Source: Candidatus Pacebacteria bacterium CG_4_9_14_0_2_um_filter_40_15 | GTDB lineage: Bacteria; Patescibacteriota; Microgenomatia; UBA1400; PJMF01 | Assembly: GCA_002788675.1 (NCBI GenBank) | Contig: PFRS01000005.1 | Location: 314,635-378,634 of the forward strand | DNA length: 64,000 bases | Direction: 5' to 3' | In this document: positions 10,251 to 20,486 of the stretch, piece by piece | How the letters are laid out: each line of letters begins with the position of its first letter | How positions within the stretch are numbered: position 1 is the first letter of the stretch | Notes under the pieces: model-generated | What the model was told of the DNA's origin: nothing | Seen by the model: only the letters and a program-made list of their open reading frames with translations | The model's database searches: none | Position numbers and translations under genes: made by a program

Positions 10251-12497
10251 TTATACTAATCTTGTTCTTTTAAGTCTGAGTGCATTTGCCACCACACTTA
10301 CACTTGAAAATGCCATTGCTGCTCCAGCCAACATAGGATTAAGTACTACTCCAAAAATCGGATACAATGCCCCCATCGCAACTGGTATTAACACAATGTT
10401 ATATCCAAAGGCCCAAAATAAATTTTGTCGAATGTTACTCATCGTTGCTTTTGAAAGCTTAATAGACGTCGGGACTAAATTCACATCACTACGCAGCAAC
10501 GTGATGCCAGCAGACTCAATTGCCACATCGGTACCACCACCCATGGCGATGCCAACATCTGCAGTTGCCAAAGCAGGGGCATCATTTATGCCATCACCGA
10601 CCATAGCTACATATTCATATTCTGTTCTTAGGTTACGAATTGCTTCCTCTTTTTGATGGGGAAGTACTTCTGAAAGTACTTGTGATATCCCAGCTTGTTT
10701 TGCAATAGCTTGAGCTGTTTTTTCACTATCCCCCGTTATCATTACACTTGCTATACCCATCTCTGATAGTTCTAAAATCATAGCAGCTACATTTTCTTTA
10801 AGCGTATCTGCAATGCTAAATACTGCCGAGAGCTGCCCATCGATTGCCATGAAGACAACCGTATGTCCTTTTGCGGAATACTCAGCAAAGAAATCCTTTG
10901 CATCTTCGGAAACCGCAACCATATTTTCATGTAGATGTTTCATGTTTCCAATAAGAACTGAAGCCTTACCCACAAATGCTTCCACACCTTTCCCACTCAC
11001 ATCTTTAAATGCTGATATTTTCAATGCAGTTTTATTCTCCATTTTTTTAGCTGCATAATCTGCTAAGGCACTAGCCAAAGGATGGTGTGATTTTTCTTCA
11101 ACCCCGTGAAGGATACTCATAAGTTTTTTCTCTTCAGAATAGACTTTTTCAGCAACAACTATGGGTTTACCTTGGGTCAGTGTACCAGTCTTATCAAACA
11201 CTATGGCTTTAACTTTATTTGCAACCTCAAGAGCATTGGCATCTTTAATAAGAATGCCAAGTGAAGCACCTCTGCCCATCCCCACCATAAGTGATGTTGG
11301 CGTAGCCAAACCCAATGCACAAGGACAAGCAATAATGAGCACATTAATCATACTAACGAGTGCTCGAATAAATCTAGGCTCCGGCCCAACAACCAACCAA
11401 GTAACAAACGTTAGTACAGATAAGATGATAACAACAGGTACAAAATATGCAGCAATGACATCAACCAGTGCTTGAATTGGTGGACGTGATCCTTGTGCCT
11501 GCTTAACCAAGGTGATAATTGATGCCAACATGGTGTCACTCCCAACCTTTGTGGCCTGCATCTCTATACTGCCTGATTCATTTATGGTTGCACCAACAAC
11601 AGTGTCACCAATTTTCTTCGTAACTGGGAAGCTTTCACCCGTTATCATACTTTCATCTATAGAAGTTTCACCAGACATAACGACACCATCTACTGGCACT
11701 TTTTGGCCTGGTTTAACCAGAATAATATCACCCACAATAACCTCTGTAATTGCTGTTTCAATCCAAGTGCCACTTTGCTTCACGAGCGCAGTTTTGGGTT
11801 GTAATCCGAGTAACTTCTTAATTGCTGATGACGTTTGTGCCTTCGCCCTAATCTCTAAATATTTACCAAGTAAAATAAAGGAAATAATTGCGGCGGAAGC
11901 CTCAAAGTACACATGCGTTTCTATGCCACTGAGCACAAACCAATCGGAGAAAAGCGTCACAACAGTTGAGTAAGTAAATGCGACAAATGTTCCAAGAGTA
12001 ACAAGTGTATCCATGTTGGCTGTTTTGTTTTTTAGACCTGACCATGCACCCTTGAAGAAGCGTCTGCCTGCCCAGAATTGCACAATCGCAGACAAAAACA
12101 TGGCGAAGTATGGGTTATGTAGCTGAGAGGGTATAAATGGCATCATAAGACTCATGAGCACGATTGTGATACCAAGACTAACCAATAATTGTTGTTTTAA
12201 TTGCTTAAGTTCGATTGTGCGTTCTTTTTCGGCTAAATCACCTGCCGCATCATCATCCATATGTGCTGTATATCCTGCTTTTTTAACTGCCTCAGAAATT
12301 CTTTGTGTATTTATTTTTTCACCTGCAAATACTACCGTCGCTTGCTCATTTGCATAATTAACATTGGCGTCAGAAACTCCCGGTGTTTTTTTAAGTGAAC
12401 GTTGAATAAGGCTGGCACAACTTGCACAGTGCATTCCAGATACGTGAAATGACAGTGACTCTCCTTTTTGTGTGTTGTTTGGTTTACTTTTGGACAT
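10251..12497 (-). CDS. copA: copper-translocating P1B-type ATPase
   Basis: It has an N-terminal HMA motif (GMHCASCAS), the CPC motif in TM6 ([12 protein letters not shown]), the phosphorylation site FDKTGTLT, and the GDGINDAP hinge. Five antisense ORFs inside it are rejected. Confidence 0.9.
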   Translation of the reverse strand: MSKSKPNNTQKGESLSFHVSGMHCASCASLIQRSLKKTPGVSDANVNYANEQATVVFAGEKINTQRISEAVKKAGYTAHMDDDAAGDLAEKERTIELKQLKQQLLVSLGITIVLMSLMMPFIPSQLHNPYFAMFLSAIVQFWAGRRFFKGAWSGLKNKTANMDTLVTLGTFVAFTYSTVVTLFSDWFVLSGIETHVYFEASAAIISFILLGKYLEIRAKAQTSSAIKKLLGLQPKTALVKQSGTWIETAITEVIVGDIILVKPGQKVPVDGVVMSGETSIDESMITGESFPVTKKIGDTVVGATINESGSIEMQATKVGSDTMLASIITLVKQAQGSRPPIQALVDVIAAYFVPVVIILSVLTFVTWLVVGPEPRFIRALVSMINVLIIACPCALGLATPTSLMVGMGRGASLGILIKDANALEVANKVKAIVFDKTGTLTQGKPIVVAEKVYSEEKKLMSILHGVEEKSHHPLASALADYAAKKMENKTALKISAFKDVSGKGVEAFVGKASVLIGNMKHLHENMVAVSEDAKDFFAEYSAKGHTVVFMAIDGQLSAVFSIADTLKENVAAMILELSEMGIASVMITGDSEKTAQAIAKQAGISQVLSEVLPHQKEEAIRNLRTEYEYVAMVGDGINDAPALATADVGIAMGGGTDVAIESAGITLLRSDVNLVPTSIKLSKATMSNIRQNLFWAFGYNIVLIPVAMGALYPIFGVVLNPMLAGAAMAFSSVSVVANALRLKRTRLV

Positions 12498-12969
12498 ATT
12501 TTGAGGGGCCTTTCTTAAATGCAGTTAGACAACCACTGGCGCAAAAAAAGTAGTCATGGCCTTCATGTTCACACTGAAATGCAGCAGTCTTTGGTGATAC
12601 GCGCATTCCACAAACGGGATCCTGAACAATGGGGACAAGTTCTTTCATTTTATATTTCAACTCTTCAGCGAATGAGGTGTCATCCGAAGTATCAATTAAT
12701 AATTCTCTAAGCAAGTCACTGACTGCAATAATATTTGGGTGAGTCAAAGAGTAATACACCTGTTTTCCCTGTTTTTTGGTTTTAACCACACCCGCATCTC
12801 TAAGAACCATAAGGTGTTGACTAATATTTGCTTGAGGCAAATCTAACATCGTGTAAATGTCAGTAACAGGTAACTGCTGATCACGCAAAAGATGAATTAT
12901 TTCTAATCTGCGTGAATTTGAAAGCGCCTTAAGTAAGTCAGCTTGTTTTGTAAAAAGAATTTCATACAT
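12484..12969 (-). CDS. ArsR/SmtB-family metalloregulator with C-terminal TRASH/YHS metal-binding domain
   Basis: An N-terminal wHTH ([13 protein letters not shown]...[14 protein letters not shown]) is joined to a C-terminal DPVCGM...C...C YHS/TRASH cysteine motif. It sits upstream of copA with a 14-nt overlap, so it is the likely operon regulator. Confidence 0.7.
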   Translation of the reverse strand: MYEILFTKQADLLKALSNSRRLEIIHLLRDQQLPVTDIYTMLDLPQANISQHLMVLRDAGVVKTKKQGKQVYYSLTHPNIIAVSDLLRELLIDTSDDTSFAEELKYKMKELVPIVQDPVCGMRVSPKTAAFQCEHEGHDYFFCASGCLTAFKKGPSKYVQK

Positions 12970-13164
12970 ATTCTAATAATAGAATATGTTATGTGAATAT
13001 ACAACTGGCTAGTTTGATAATTATTTGATGACTAAAGAATTGGTTCATCACTTGGTACAGCTTTTGCTTGCTATCTTTTCTGTTCAACACAAAAGAGTAT
13101 TCAATAATTAAACTTTTATTGATACACTAGGATAAACAAACCACATAAGTGGAAAAGGAGTTGT

Positions 13165-13599
13165 ATGGCAAAAAAAATTCATGCCGATACCGGCATCATG
13201 GTACCAGTAACATTTATGAGTCTCTTTGTAGTAAGTAGTGCTGTTATCTTTGTTGCGAACAGTTTATTTCCGAGCCAAGTAGTATTAGGTACCCACTCAA
13301 TTACAGCTGGCTGGTCAATTTTGCTGAGTATAAGTGCTCTCTCTTTATTTAATACTCTTGCCGTACCCTTTATTAGAGAATATGAAAATAAAAAAGAAAA
13401 AATGTTTAGTGATAGAGATTGGATGCTTGCATACTTAGCCCTAAATTTTGCTGGGCTTTGGATACTCTCACGATTTGCAGAGCAGCTTGGCCTAGGATTG
13501 AGTTCATGGATCGTTGCTGCTGTCCTCGCAGCTATTCTTGATGTAACTCAAGGATTGGCAATTATGACCATACACAAGTATCGCGCGCGCATAAAGTAA
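13165..13599 (+). CDS. hypothetical membrane protein
   Basis: 144 aa with four predicted TM helices and no recognisable motif. Confidence 0.4.
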   Translation: MAKKIHADTGIMVPVTFMSLFVVSSAVIFVANSLFPSQVVLGTHSITAGWSILLSISALSLFNTLAVPFIREYENKKEKMFSDRDWMLAYLALNFAGLWILSRFAEQLGLGLSSWIVAAVLAAILDVTQGLAIMTIHKYRARIK

Positions 13600-13658
13600 G
13601 CAGGTTATGCCTGAATCTATGGTATCATTACACTATTGATATACCTATCGAAAGAACT

Positions 13659-13820
13659 ATGTCTAAACCAAAGAAAAAAAGAGATAAAAAATATTCTGCA
13701 AAAAGTGCTGCATCAACTCCCGGTAGTAATTTTCTAAAGACCCTTGGCCAGTTTAGCCAGCAACGAGCCCAAAAGAATACCCGAGCGGTTTCTATTCATA
13801 TTCCTAGAAAACCGAAATAA
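13659..13820 (+). CDS. small basic hypothetical protein (53 aa)
   Basis: The ORF (MSKPKKKRDKKYSAKSAASTPGSNFLKTLGQFSQQRAQKNTRAVSIHIPRKPK) is not in the supplied track. It is followed immediately by a perfect hairpin (tcagcctaa-c-ttaggctga at 13826..13844) and a T-run, which would terminate it. Coding status is not proven. Confidence 0.25.
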   Translation: MSKPKKKRDKKYSAKSAASTPGSNFLKTLGQFSQQRAQKNTRAVSIHIPRKPK

Positions 13821-13932
13821 TTTTTCAGCCTAACTTAGGCTGATTTGTCGGTGAGCAGCTGAACATCACACTTGTGGTTAGTATAAAACATACAATACCT
13901 ACATACTGTTTAAAAAATGGTATGATTCGATT

Positions 13933-15090
13933 ATGATACCGACAACTTCTTCTCGATTACCCAAATTTCTTATTGTTCAAGTAATTCCCAAAACCACTAA
14001 ACAAGAAGAAATCACTACCGAATTAGCTGAAACTAAACAGTTAATAGATACCTTTGGTGGTACAGTTGTTTCAGAAATAATACAACGACTTGATCATCCT
14101 AGTCCAAATTTTTATATTGGAGCAGGAAAAGTTGAAGAACTCAAACTGCTTTGCGATTCAAACGGCATAGATGTTGTTGTTGTAAATGGTTTAGTAAAAA
14201 GCAGTCAACTTTTCAGAATTGAAAAAGAGCTCTGGACTGTTTCGCCTAAAATTATGGTGTGGGACCGCATTGATCTTATTCTTAATATTTTTGATCAGCA
14301 TGCAACTACACTCGAATCAAAACTTCAAATTAAATTAGCTCGCGCTACCCACATGGGGCCACGTATTTATGGATTAGGTAAGACTGAACTCTCACGGCAA
14401 GGAGGCGGTGTTGGAACCCGCGGCAAAGGTGAAACAAATATTGAGTTCGAACGTAGACAAATAAAAGTAGATCAACAAAAGATTAAAAAGGAGCTGAAGA
14501 AACTCATTAAACAAAAACAAAATAGACTTACTAAACGTACCGAGATGGGCATCGGACCAGTTGCACTTGTTGGCTACACAAGTGCTGGAAAAACTACTTT
14601 GTTTAATACTCTTACAGGTAAACAAAAAGAAATGAACAAAGGACTCTTCACAACACTGGATACTGTTGTTGGAAAATTAAAATCTCCCAACTTTGAACAA
14701 CCCATTTTAGTTTCAGATACTATTGGTTTTATTAGTAACCTGCCGCCCGTCTTAATCGATTCATTTAAATCCACACTACTTGAGTCTCTTGAAGCAAAAC
14801 TGTTATTACATGTTGTAGATGCTCATGATCCACAAGTTTTAGAAAAGATTAGTGTAGTAGATGAAATATTACTAAGTTTGAAAGCAAATCAGCCAGTCAT
14901 CCTAGTCCTTAATAAATGTGACATTATTGATGAAGCTGCACTCCAAAGTATCCAAGAAAAAATTGAAAAATATATTTCATCTAGAGAAAGTGACGTACGC
15001 ACTGTGCAACTAATTTCAGCGCATACTGGAGCACACATTGAAGAATTAGTTTCACATATTGAAACTTTTTTTGAATCAAAAATGAGATGA
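13933..15090 (+). CDS. hflX: GTPase HflX
   Basis: An HflX-type N-terminal domain is followed by a G-domain with a P-loop (GYTSAGKTTLFNTLTG), DTIG (G3) and NKCD (G4). Confidence 0.85.
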   Translation: MIPTTSSRLPKFLIVQVIPKTTKQEEITTELAETKQLIDTFGGTVVSEIIQRLDHPSPNFYIGAGKVEELKLLCDSNGIDVVVVNGLVKSSQLFRIEKELWTVSPKIMVWDRIDLILNIFDQHATTLESKLQIKLARATHMGPRIYGLGKTELSRQGGGVGTRGKGETNIEFERRQIKVDQQKIKKELKKLIKQKQNRLTKRTEMGIGPVALVGYTSAGKTTLFNTLTGKQKEMNKGLFTTLDTVVGKLKSPNFEQPILVSDTIGFISNLPPVLIDSFKSTLLESLEAKLLLHVVDAHDPQVLEKISVVDEILLSLKANQPVILVLNKCDIIDEAALQSIQEKIEKYISSRESDVRTVQLISAHTGAHIEELVSHIETFFESKMR

Positions 15091-15139
15091 GTTCAATATA
15101 TGAACTACTCCTCGATAAGAATGATATACTATCCTGGCT

Positions 15140-16036
15140 ATGACACAAACATTAATTGCCAAAAATGCTAACTGGGAAGACTACGAACTACTTGATTCTG
15201 GTGAAGGCGAAAAGCTTGAACTATTTGGAGATGTGCTCTTAATCCGACCATATCCAGAAATAGAGTGGCCCAAATCACAACCGCCTGAACTATGGAAACG
15301 AGCAGATGCAGTCTTTATTAGAACCCAGGGCGATAAGGGGCACTGGCTAACAAATAAAAAACTGCCAGAATCCTGGCAAATGCATTGGCAAGATGCTATA
15401 GCTACTATTTACCTTTCACCCTTTAAACACACTGGCGTATTTCCAGAACAAAGCGCACATTGGGATTGGATGAAACAGATTTTGCTTGCAGATAAAAAAC
15501 AACGACCTGAGTATCAGCCACACGTACTTAATTTATTTGCCTACACTGGTATGGCAAGTGTCGTATGTGCTATGACTGGAGCAAAAGTGACTCATGTCGA
15601 CTCATCACGGGCAGCAATTGGTTGGGCAAAAGAAAATCAGGCCGCATCAGGACTCGATCAAAGATCGATTCGTTGGATTCTAGATGATGTTATGAAATTT
15701 GTGACTCGAGAAATAAAACGTGGTGTTAAATATGATGGCATCATACTGGATCCACCAGCATATGGCCATGGAGCAACTGGTGAAGTTTGGAATTTTAAAT
15801 CATCTTTTCCACGGTTACTTGCTCTGTGCAAAGAAATTCTTGTTGAAGATCCATTGTTTATGTTAATAAATGCTTATGCTGTAGCAATTTCTCCAGAAGA
15901 TCTAGAAAAAAAACTAGCTGAAGTAATGCTAAAAAAGGGACCAGGAACACTTGAGTCTGGCGAGTTAGTGCTACAGGAATCAAAGTCAGATCGGTTACTT
16001 TCCACTGGGATATTTGCTCGATATACCAAATCATAA
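15140..16036 (+). CDS. class I SAM-dependent RNA methyltransferase (RlmI/YccW-like)
   Basis: LNLFAYTGMASVV is a SAM-binding motif I variant. ILDPPAYG is the motif IV DPP(F/Y) characteristic of N/C5 RNA methyltransferases of the RlmI/RlmK type. Confidence 0.6.
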   Translation: MTQTLIAKNANWEDYELLDSGEGEKLELFGDVLLIRPYPEIEWPKSQPPELWKRADAVFIRTQGDKGHWLTNKKLPESWQMHWQDAIATIYLSPFKHTGVFPEQSAHWDWMKQILLADKKQRPEYQPHVLNLFAYTGMASVVCAMTGAKVTHVDSSRAAIGWAKENQAASGLDQRSIRWILDDVMKFVTREIKRGVKYDGIILDPPAYGHGATGEVWNFKSSFPRLLALCKEILVEDPLFMLINAYAVAISPEDLEKKLAEVMLKKGPGTLESGELVLQESKSDRLLSTGIFARYTKS

Positions 16037-16051
16037 CAATGTTTAAAAGGT

Positions 16052-16726
16052 ATGCGTAAAAATATTACACTCCTCATTCCGTTTTACAATGAAGCAAACA
16101 GAATTTTGACGGTGCTTACTGTACTTTCAAAAGTGAAACATATTGAAAAGATTGTGTGTATAAATGATGGCTCAACAGATGGGACCAGTGATCAAATACG
16201 AATACAATTTCCACAGGTGGCTCTCTATGGATATCCAGAAAATAAAGGAAAGTCTGCAGCAATTAAGTTTGGTTTATCTCATATCAATACAGAATTTATT
16301 TTATTATTTGATGCCGATTTACGTAACTTTTCTGTTCAAAATGTACAACAAGCAATTGATAGCATCCAAAATTCAAAAAATAAAATTGATGCTCTGTTTT
16401 TTAGACAAACCAATGACCCTGTACTGTCAAGACTACTCAGACAAGATATCCTTATTACCGGTGAGCGAATTGTGCGAACTAAAGATTTAAAAACTGTTTT
16501 AAAAAATAAAATTAATAACTATGAACTAGAACTGGCAATTAATGCATTTCTTTATAAAAATAATAAAAGAGTGTATTGGATTCCTTTTGCTTCAACTAAT
16601 CACTTTAAATTTGAAAAGTGGGCCATACAAACTGCAATAAAAAAAACATTTCAGTTTCAACACAAACTTATTTCAGCGAGCTATTTAAAACAACTCTTTT
16701 TCTTTAAACCCACAAAACTCTCTTAG
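16052..16726 (+). CDS. glycosyltransferase family 2 (dolichyl-phosphate sugar synthase-like)
   Basis: The N-terminus reads LLIPFYNEANRI...INDGSTDGT, and the acidic motif appears as FDADL. Confidence 0.7.
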   Translation: MRKNITLLIPFYNEANRILTVLTVLSKVKHIEKIVCINDGSTDGTSDQIRIQFPQVALYGYPENKGKSAAIKFGLSHINTEFILLFDADLRNFSVQNVQQAIDSIQNSKNKIDALFFRQTNDPVLSRLLRQDILITGERIVRTKDLKTVLKNKINNYELELAINAFLYKNNKRVYWIPFASTNHFKFEKWAIQTAIKKTFQFQHKLISASYLKQLFFFKPTKLS

Positions 16727-16765
16727 GTGTCATTAATACTCATTTTTAAGGTATAATAACTCTTC

Positions 16766-18391
16766 ATGTTAATTGGTACAAAGAACTTATCAAAATCTAT
16801 TGGTGCAAGGAATCTTTTTAAAGATTTAACCTTTACCGTTACCGACGGTAAAAAAATTGCTCTCGTCGGAAGAAATGGGTATGGCAAAACCACACTCCTA
16901 AAAATTCTTAGTGGTGAAGACCAACAATTTGATGGTCAAATTGATAGTCGAAAAGGCTTGCGTATTACTCTCACAAAACAGGAACACATTCATGAAACTG
17001 AACAGTCTCCATTAGCATACATTTTAAATAGTGTTCCAAATTTCTATGAATATAAAAAAATCATTGAAGATTATGAAGAAGGCAGAAGCACGAATCTTAA
17101 TCACTACTTACAAATTCTGGAATACTATACAGAACACCGTTACTTTAATATCGAAGCAGCTATCGAAAGCACCCTTCGAGATTTTAATCTTTCGGAAGAA
17201 GCAATTTTACAGCCTCTTGGGAATCTTTCTGGTGGTGAAAAAAGATATGTCGAGATGACTCGAATGATGTTCTCGCAATCAGATTTACTGTTGGTAGATG
17301 AGCCTACCAATCACATGGACTATCTTGGCAAGCAACGTTTTATAACTTGGATGAAAGCACTTCCCCAAACAGTAGTTGTTGTAACACACGATCGCGATGT
17401 ACTTAGAAATGTAACTAGAATTATTGAACTCAAAGAACAAAAAATTGATATCTTTAAAGGAAATTATGATCACTATATTTCCCAGAACGCTAATCAAACT
17501 TTGACTTCAGTTAAGCTGTACTCAGACCAATTGAACCGACTTCAGGAAGCAAAGAAAAAAGTCGACTGGGGTCTAAAAATGCGCGCCAAAAGCAAAGCCT
17601 GGAAAATTCGCTACGACCACTGGCTCCGTGACTACGAAAAAATAAAAGCTGAAACAGTCAAACCATCTTTTTGGATTGATCAAGATTCTGTGGATGCCAT
17701 GGATAAAAAGGTGGTTGATTCATACGAAAAATTTAAACAAAAAAATATTAAAATATCTGCTAATACTGAAGTTAAACGCGGCTCAGAATTAATCCGTGTT
17801 AAAGACTTAACGCTTGGGTACGGTGATGAACCAGTTTTTAGTAACCTGAATTTTTCAGTGGGTGCTACTGACAGAGTTTTTGTTAAGGGCAAAAATGGTG
17901 CGGGTAAAAGTACGTTAGTACGAACAATCATGGCCCTCTCTAAAGATCAAAAGCCAAAATCTACACTACTAAATGGCGAAATCGTTATCGACCCCGACCT
18001 TCAAATTGGCGAATACGAACAAGAGATTAGTCAGCGCTACCTAAATCTTGCACTTGAAGATGCCGTAATTCTTAGTTACCAAGAAAAAAATGTTCCCATC
18101 GACCTTCAGACTGTCAAAAAATTATTAGCTCAATATTTATTTGATCCAAAACAAGATGGCAGACAAAAAATAATGAGTTTATCAGGTGGTCAAAAAGCAC
18201 GTTTCCAACTTATAAAAATGTTTGTTGGTGATCCTAATTTACTAATCTTGGATGAACCTACCAATCACCTAGACTTACCGTCAATCGAAGAACTAGAAAA
18301 TGCGCTTGAAAAGTTTGCTGGCGGTATCCTGTACATCACGCACGATACCTACTTTATAAAACGTATGGGTGGAAAAGTGATTGAGATTTAA
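16766..18391 (+). CDS. ABC-F family ATPase (two ABC domains, no TMD)
   Basis: There are two Walker A sites (GRNGYGKTT and GKNGAGKST) and two signature/Walker B blocks (LSGGEKRYVEMTRMMF...LLLVDEPTNHMD and LSGGQKARFQLIKMF...LLILDEPTNHLD). The interdomain linker is about 100 aa. The EttA-like versus ARE subtype cannot be decided. Confidence 0.85.
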   Translation: MLIGTKNLSKSIGARNLFKDLTFTVTDGKKIALVGRNGYGKTTLLKILSGEDQQFDGQIDSRKGLRITLTKQEHIHETEQSPLAYILNSVPNFYEYKKIIEDYEEGRSTNLNHYLQILEYYTEHRYFNIEAAIESTLRDFNLSEEAILQPLGNLSGGEKRYVEMTRMMFSQSDLLLVDEPTNHMDYLGKQRFITWMKALPQTVVVVTHDRDVLRNVTRIIELKEQKIDIFKGNYDHYISQNANQTLTSVKLYSDQLNRLQEAKKKVDWGLKMRAKSKAWKIRYDHWLRDYEKIKAETVKPSFWIDQDSVDAMDKKVVDSYEKFKQKNIKISANTEVKRGSELIRVKDLTLGYGDEPVFSNLNFSVGATDRVFVKGKNGAGKSTLVRTIMALSKDQKPKSTLLNGEIVIDPDLQIGEYEQEISQRYLNLALEDAVILSYQEKNVPIDLQTVKKLLAQYLFDPKQDGRQKIMSLSGGQKARFQLIKMFVGDPNLLILDEPTNHLDLPSIEELENALEKFAGGILYITHDTYFIKRMGGKVIEI

Positions 18392-18398
18392 TTTTACA

Positions 18399-18953
18399 TT
18401 AGACTCGTACTGAGCCCCTAAATCCACGAGCTGCATAATACGATATCGCACCATTGTGATAGATAAAAACAGTGTCATATCTTCGGTCAGCAAAAAGTGC
18501 TCCACCTAGCTTTCTAATTTCTGGAGGTGTCACAATCCAACTTGAAGTTTTAAGATCAAATTTTCCTAACTCTTGTAGCTGTTTATATTCTGCCTCTGTT
18601 AACAACTTGATACCCATTTCAGCTGCCATATCTTGAGCGCTACTTTTAGGTTTATGTTCTTTTCGCTCATCCAGAGCCTTGCTATCGTAACAAAGACTAC
18701 GACGGCCTTTTGGACTTTCCTCACTGCAATCAAAAAAGATGAACTCACCGGACTTGGTGTCAAAACCTACTACATCTGGTTCACCACCGGTGCGTTCCAT
18801 TTCACTCAGTGTCCAGAGCTTCTTTTCATTTGCTTCTAACTTTGCTTGGACATCTGCCCACTTGATAGTTGCATGGCGAGGCATATGTTTTTTAAAACGA
18901 ACTTCTAGCGTTCTTAGTAATTCAGTTTTTTGTTCAGAAGATACATTTTTCAT
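18399..18953 (-). CDS. DUF4256-family protein
   Basis: The sequence MKNVSSEQKTELLRTLEVRFKKHMPRH...WADVQAKLEAN...LSEMERTGGEPDVVGFD...FFDCSEESPKGRRSLCYD matches my recollection of the DUF4256 family. The start is moved to the internal Met. Confidence 0.5.
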   Translation of the reverse strand: MKNVSSEQKTELLRTLEVRFKKHMPRHATIKWADVQAKLEANEKKLWTLSEMERTGGEPDVVGFDTKSGEFIFFDCSEESPKGRRSLCYDSKALDERKEHKPKSSAQDMAAEMGIKLLTEAEYKQLQELGKFDLKTSSWIVTPPEIRKLGGALFADRRYDTVFIYHNGAISYYAARGFRGSVRV

Positions 18954-18963
18954 GTTTAGTTTC

Positions 18964-19395
18964 CTAATTGTTACTACTATTCTGAGAGTTTTCATCTACT
19001 GCAACCTCTGGAGAAAAAGGGTTGAATGCGACCTCCCACACGTATCCATCGATATCTTTAAAATAGCCTGAATAGCCACCCCATGCACGAGCTACAGGTT
19101 CTGCAGTAATTTCTGCACCAACAGCTCTAGCCTCCTCAATAACAGAGTCAACTTGTTCTGTTGAGATGACATTATGTGCAAGCGTCATTCCAGAAAACTG
19201 TCCTCTTTGTGGAGACACGCCAGCCTCAGCTGCCAGTGACTCAAAACTAAAGAGCGAGAGCATCATAGTCTGTGAAGTTGAAATAAAGGTAATCCCGTCA
19301 CTACGTTTTACAAGAAAACCTAACTTTTCATAAAAGAGTGTAGCTTTTTCTACATCTTTGACGCCTAGTGTTATGAGTGAAATATGTGAGTTCAT
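18964..19395 (-). CDS. VOC-family (glyoxalase/bleomycin-resistance fold) protein
   Basis: The N-terminus ISLITLGVKDVEKATLFYEKLGF is typical of the VOC fold, and there is a second beta-alpha-beta-beta-beta module. Confidence 0.65.
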   Translation of the reverse strand: MNSHISLITLGVKDVEKATLFYEKLGFLVKRSDGITFISTSQTMMLSLFSFESLAAEAGVSPQRGQFSGMTLAHNVISTEQVDSVIEEARAVGAEITAEPVARAWGGYSGYFKDIDGYVWEVAFNPFSPEVAVDENSQNSSNN

Positions 19396-19430
19396 AGAGT
19401 AAGTATATCAGACCTGATAGATGTATCGTT

Positions 19431-19928
19431 TCAGCTGGTAATAGAATCCTCAGGCCCAACTTTTTCAATGTATTGCACTTCTGATAGTTCGCTCATTAGG
19501 CTTTCATTTTCAGCCTGCATTTTGTCAAAATTACTATATTGATCATCGGTTATTCTCTTAACAACAAGTTCCAGATCTAGATGGTACTTTGGCTTGTTCA
19601 TCGCCATTGCTCGCTGCAATAGCAGTTTTTCTAATGAAATAACTCGATAATTGCTTTCTTCAATTGCATTCTGGGACAAAAATGCATAATCAAAATAATC
19701 AATTGTTTTCCATATCTCAAACCCATGCACAGCTACGCCCAAGTCTCCCCAAAGATCTTTTAGATTTTTAGGATACAGCCGCACTAAGCTTTCAAAGTCA
19801 GATTTTGTAACAATAAAGTCACTATCATCACCTGCTTTTCTTAAATCATAGTACTCCATAGCTTTTCCACCAATGAGCAATGGTTTTTGTGAGAATGTCA
19901 TTTTTAATTGGGAGAAATCAATGTTCAT
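19431..19928 (-). CDS. putative minimal nucleotidyltransferase (GGx11DxD motif)
   Basis: LIGGKAMEYYDLRKAGDDSDFIV fits the hGGxAxxxY..R.T.DhD pattern of the small NTase fold used by Lnu/Lin/ANT-type enzymes. It is otherwise unassigned. Confidence 0.35.
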   Translation of the reverse strand: MNIDFSQLKMTFSQKPLLIGGKAMEYYDLRKAGDDSDFIVTKSDFESLVRLYPKNLKDLWGDLGVAVHGFEIWKTIDYFDYAFLSQNAIEESNYRVISLEKLLLQRAMAMNKPKYHLDLELVVKRITDDQYSNFDKMQAENESLMSELSEVQYIEKVGPEDSITS

Positions 19929-20027
19929 AGAAGAATTGCAAATTAATCTAACGGTTTATTACTTAACTCTATCAGACCTATTCCAACACTTCGAGAGGTA
20001 AAATGAGCAATGATATACAGGTGATTC

Positions 20028-20486
20028 TTATTTTCGCTGCTTTAAAGCTCGATCAATCAAAACCAGTTGATTAGTTCTTAAATGGGGTAAGTTTTCTTGA
20101 GAGAAAAATCCATACTCCGTTACCTCATGCGTTGGCTTAAACTCGCCACCAATATACTTCCCCACACAGCAAAAGTCGAGCCGAGCAGAGCTTCGATCTG
20201 TTCTGGTTTTAACTAAAGAGTCTGCACTTACAACTAAGCCAGACTCTTCAAAAATTTCGCGTTCAATCCCTTCAAGTGGATGCTCACCTGATTTTATGTA
20301 GCCACCGGGCAAACTCCATGAATGCGCTCGATAGACATGTTTAAAAACCAAGACTTCATTCTTGTCATTGAAGATAACTCCTGTGACTCCAACCAAAAAG
20401 ACATCTTGAAATAATCGCATAATAAAAAGCTGCACACTTTTGGGAAAGCGCAGATACTTCCAAAGTTTTGCTAATGTGAGTTTCAT
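20028..20486 (-). CDS. NUDIX hydrolase
   Basis: The Nudix box GGYIKSGEHPLEGIEREIFEESGL follows the pattern Gx5Ex7REUxEExGU. Confidence 0.8.
   Translation of the reverse strand: MKLTLAKLWKYLRFPKSVQLFIMRLFQDVFLVGVTGVIFNDKNEVLVFKHVYRAHSWSLPGGYIKSGEHPLEGIEREIFEESGLVVSADSLVKTRTDRSSARLDFCCVGKYIGGEFKPTHEVTEYGFFSQENLPHLRTNQLVLIDRALKQRK

Noticed and set aside
10396-12357. Five plus-strand ORFs (86 to 153 aa) inside the copA gene
   Set aside because: They are antisense to a long, motif-rich P-type ATPase ORF. Their products are low-complexity and Ser/Thr/Ala/Ile-rich, typical of antisense translation.
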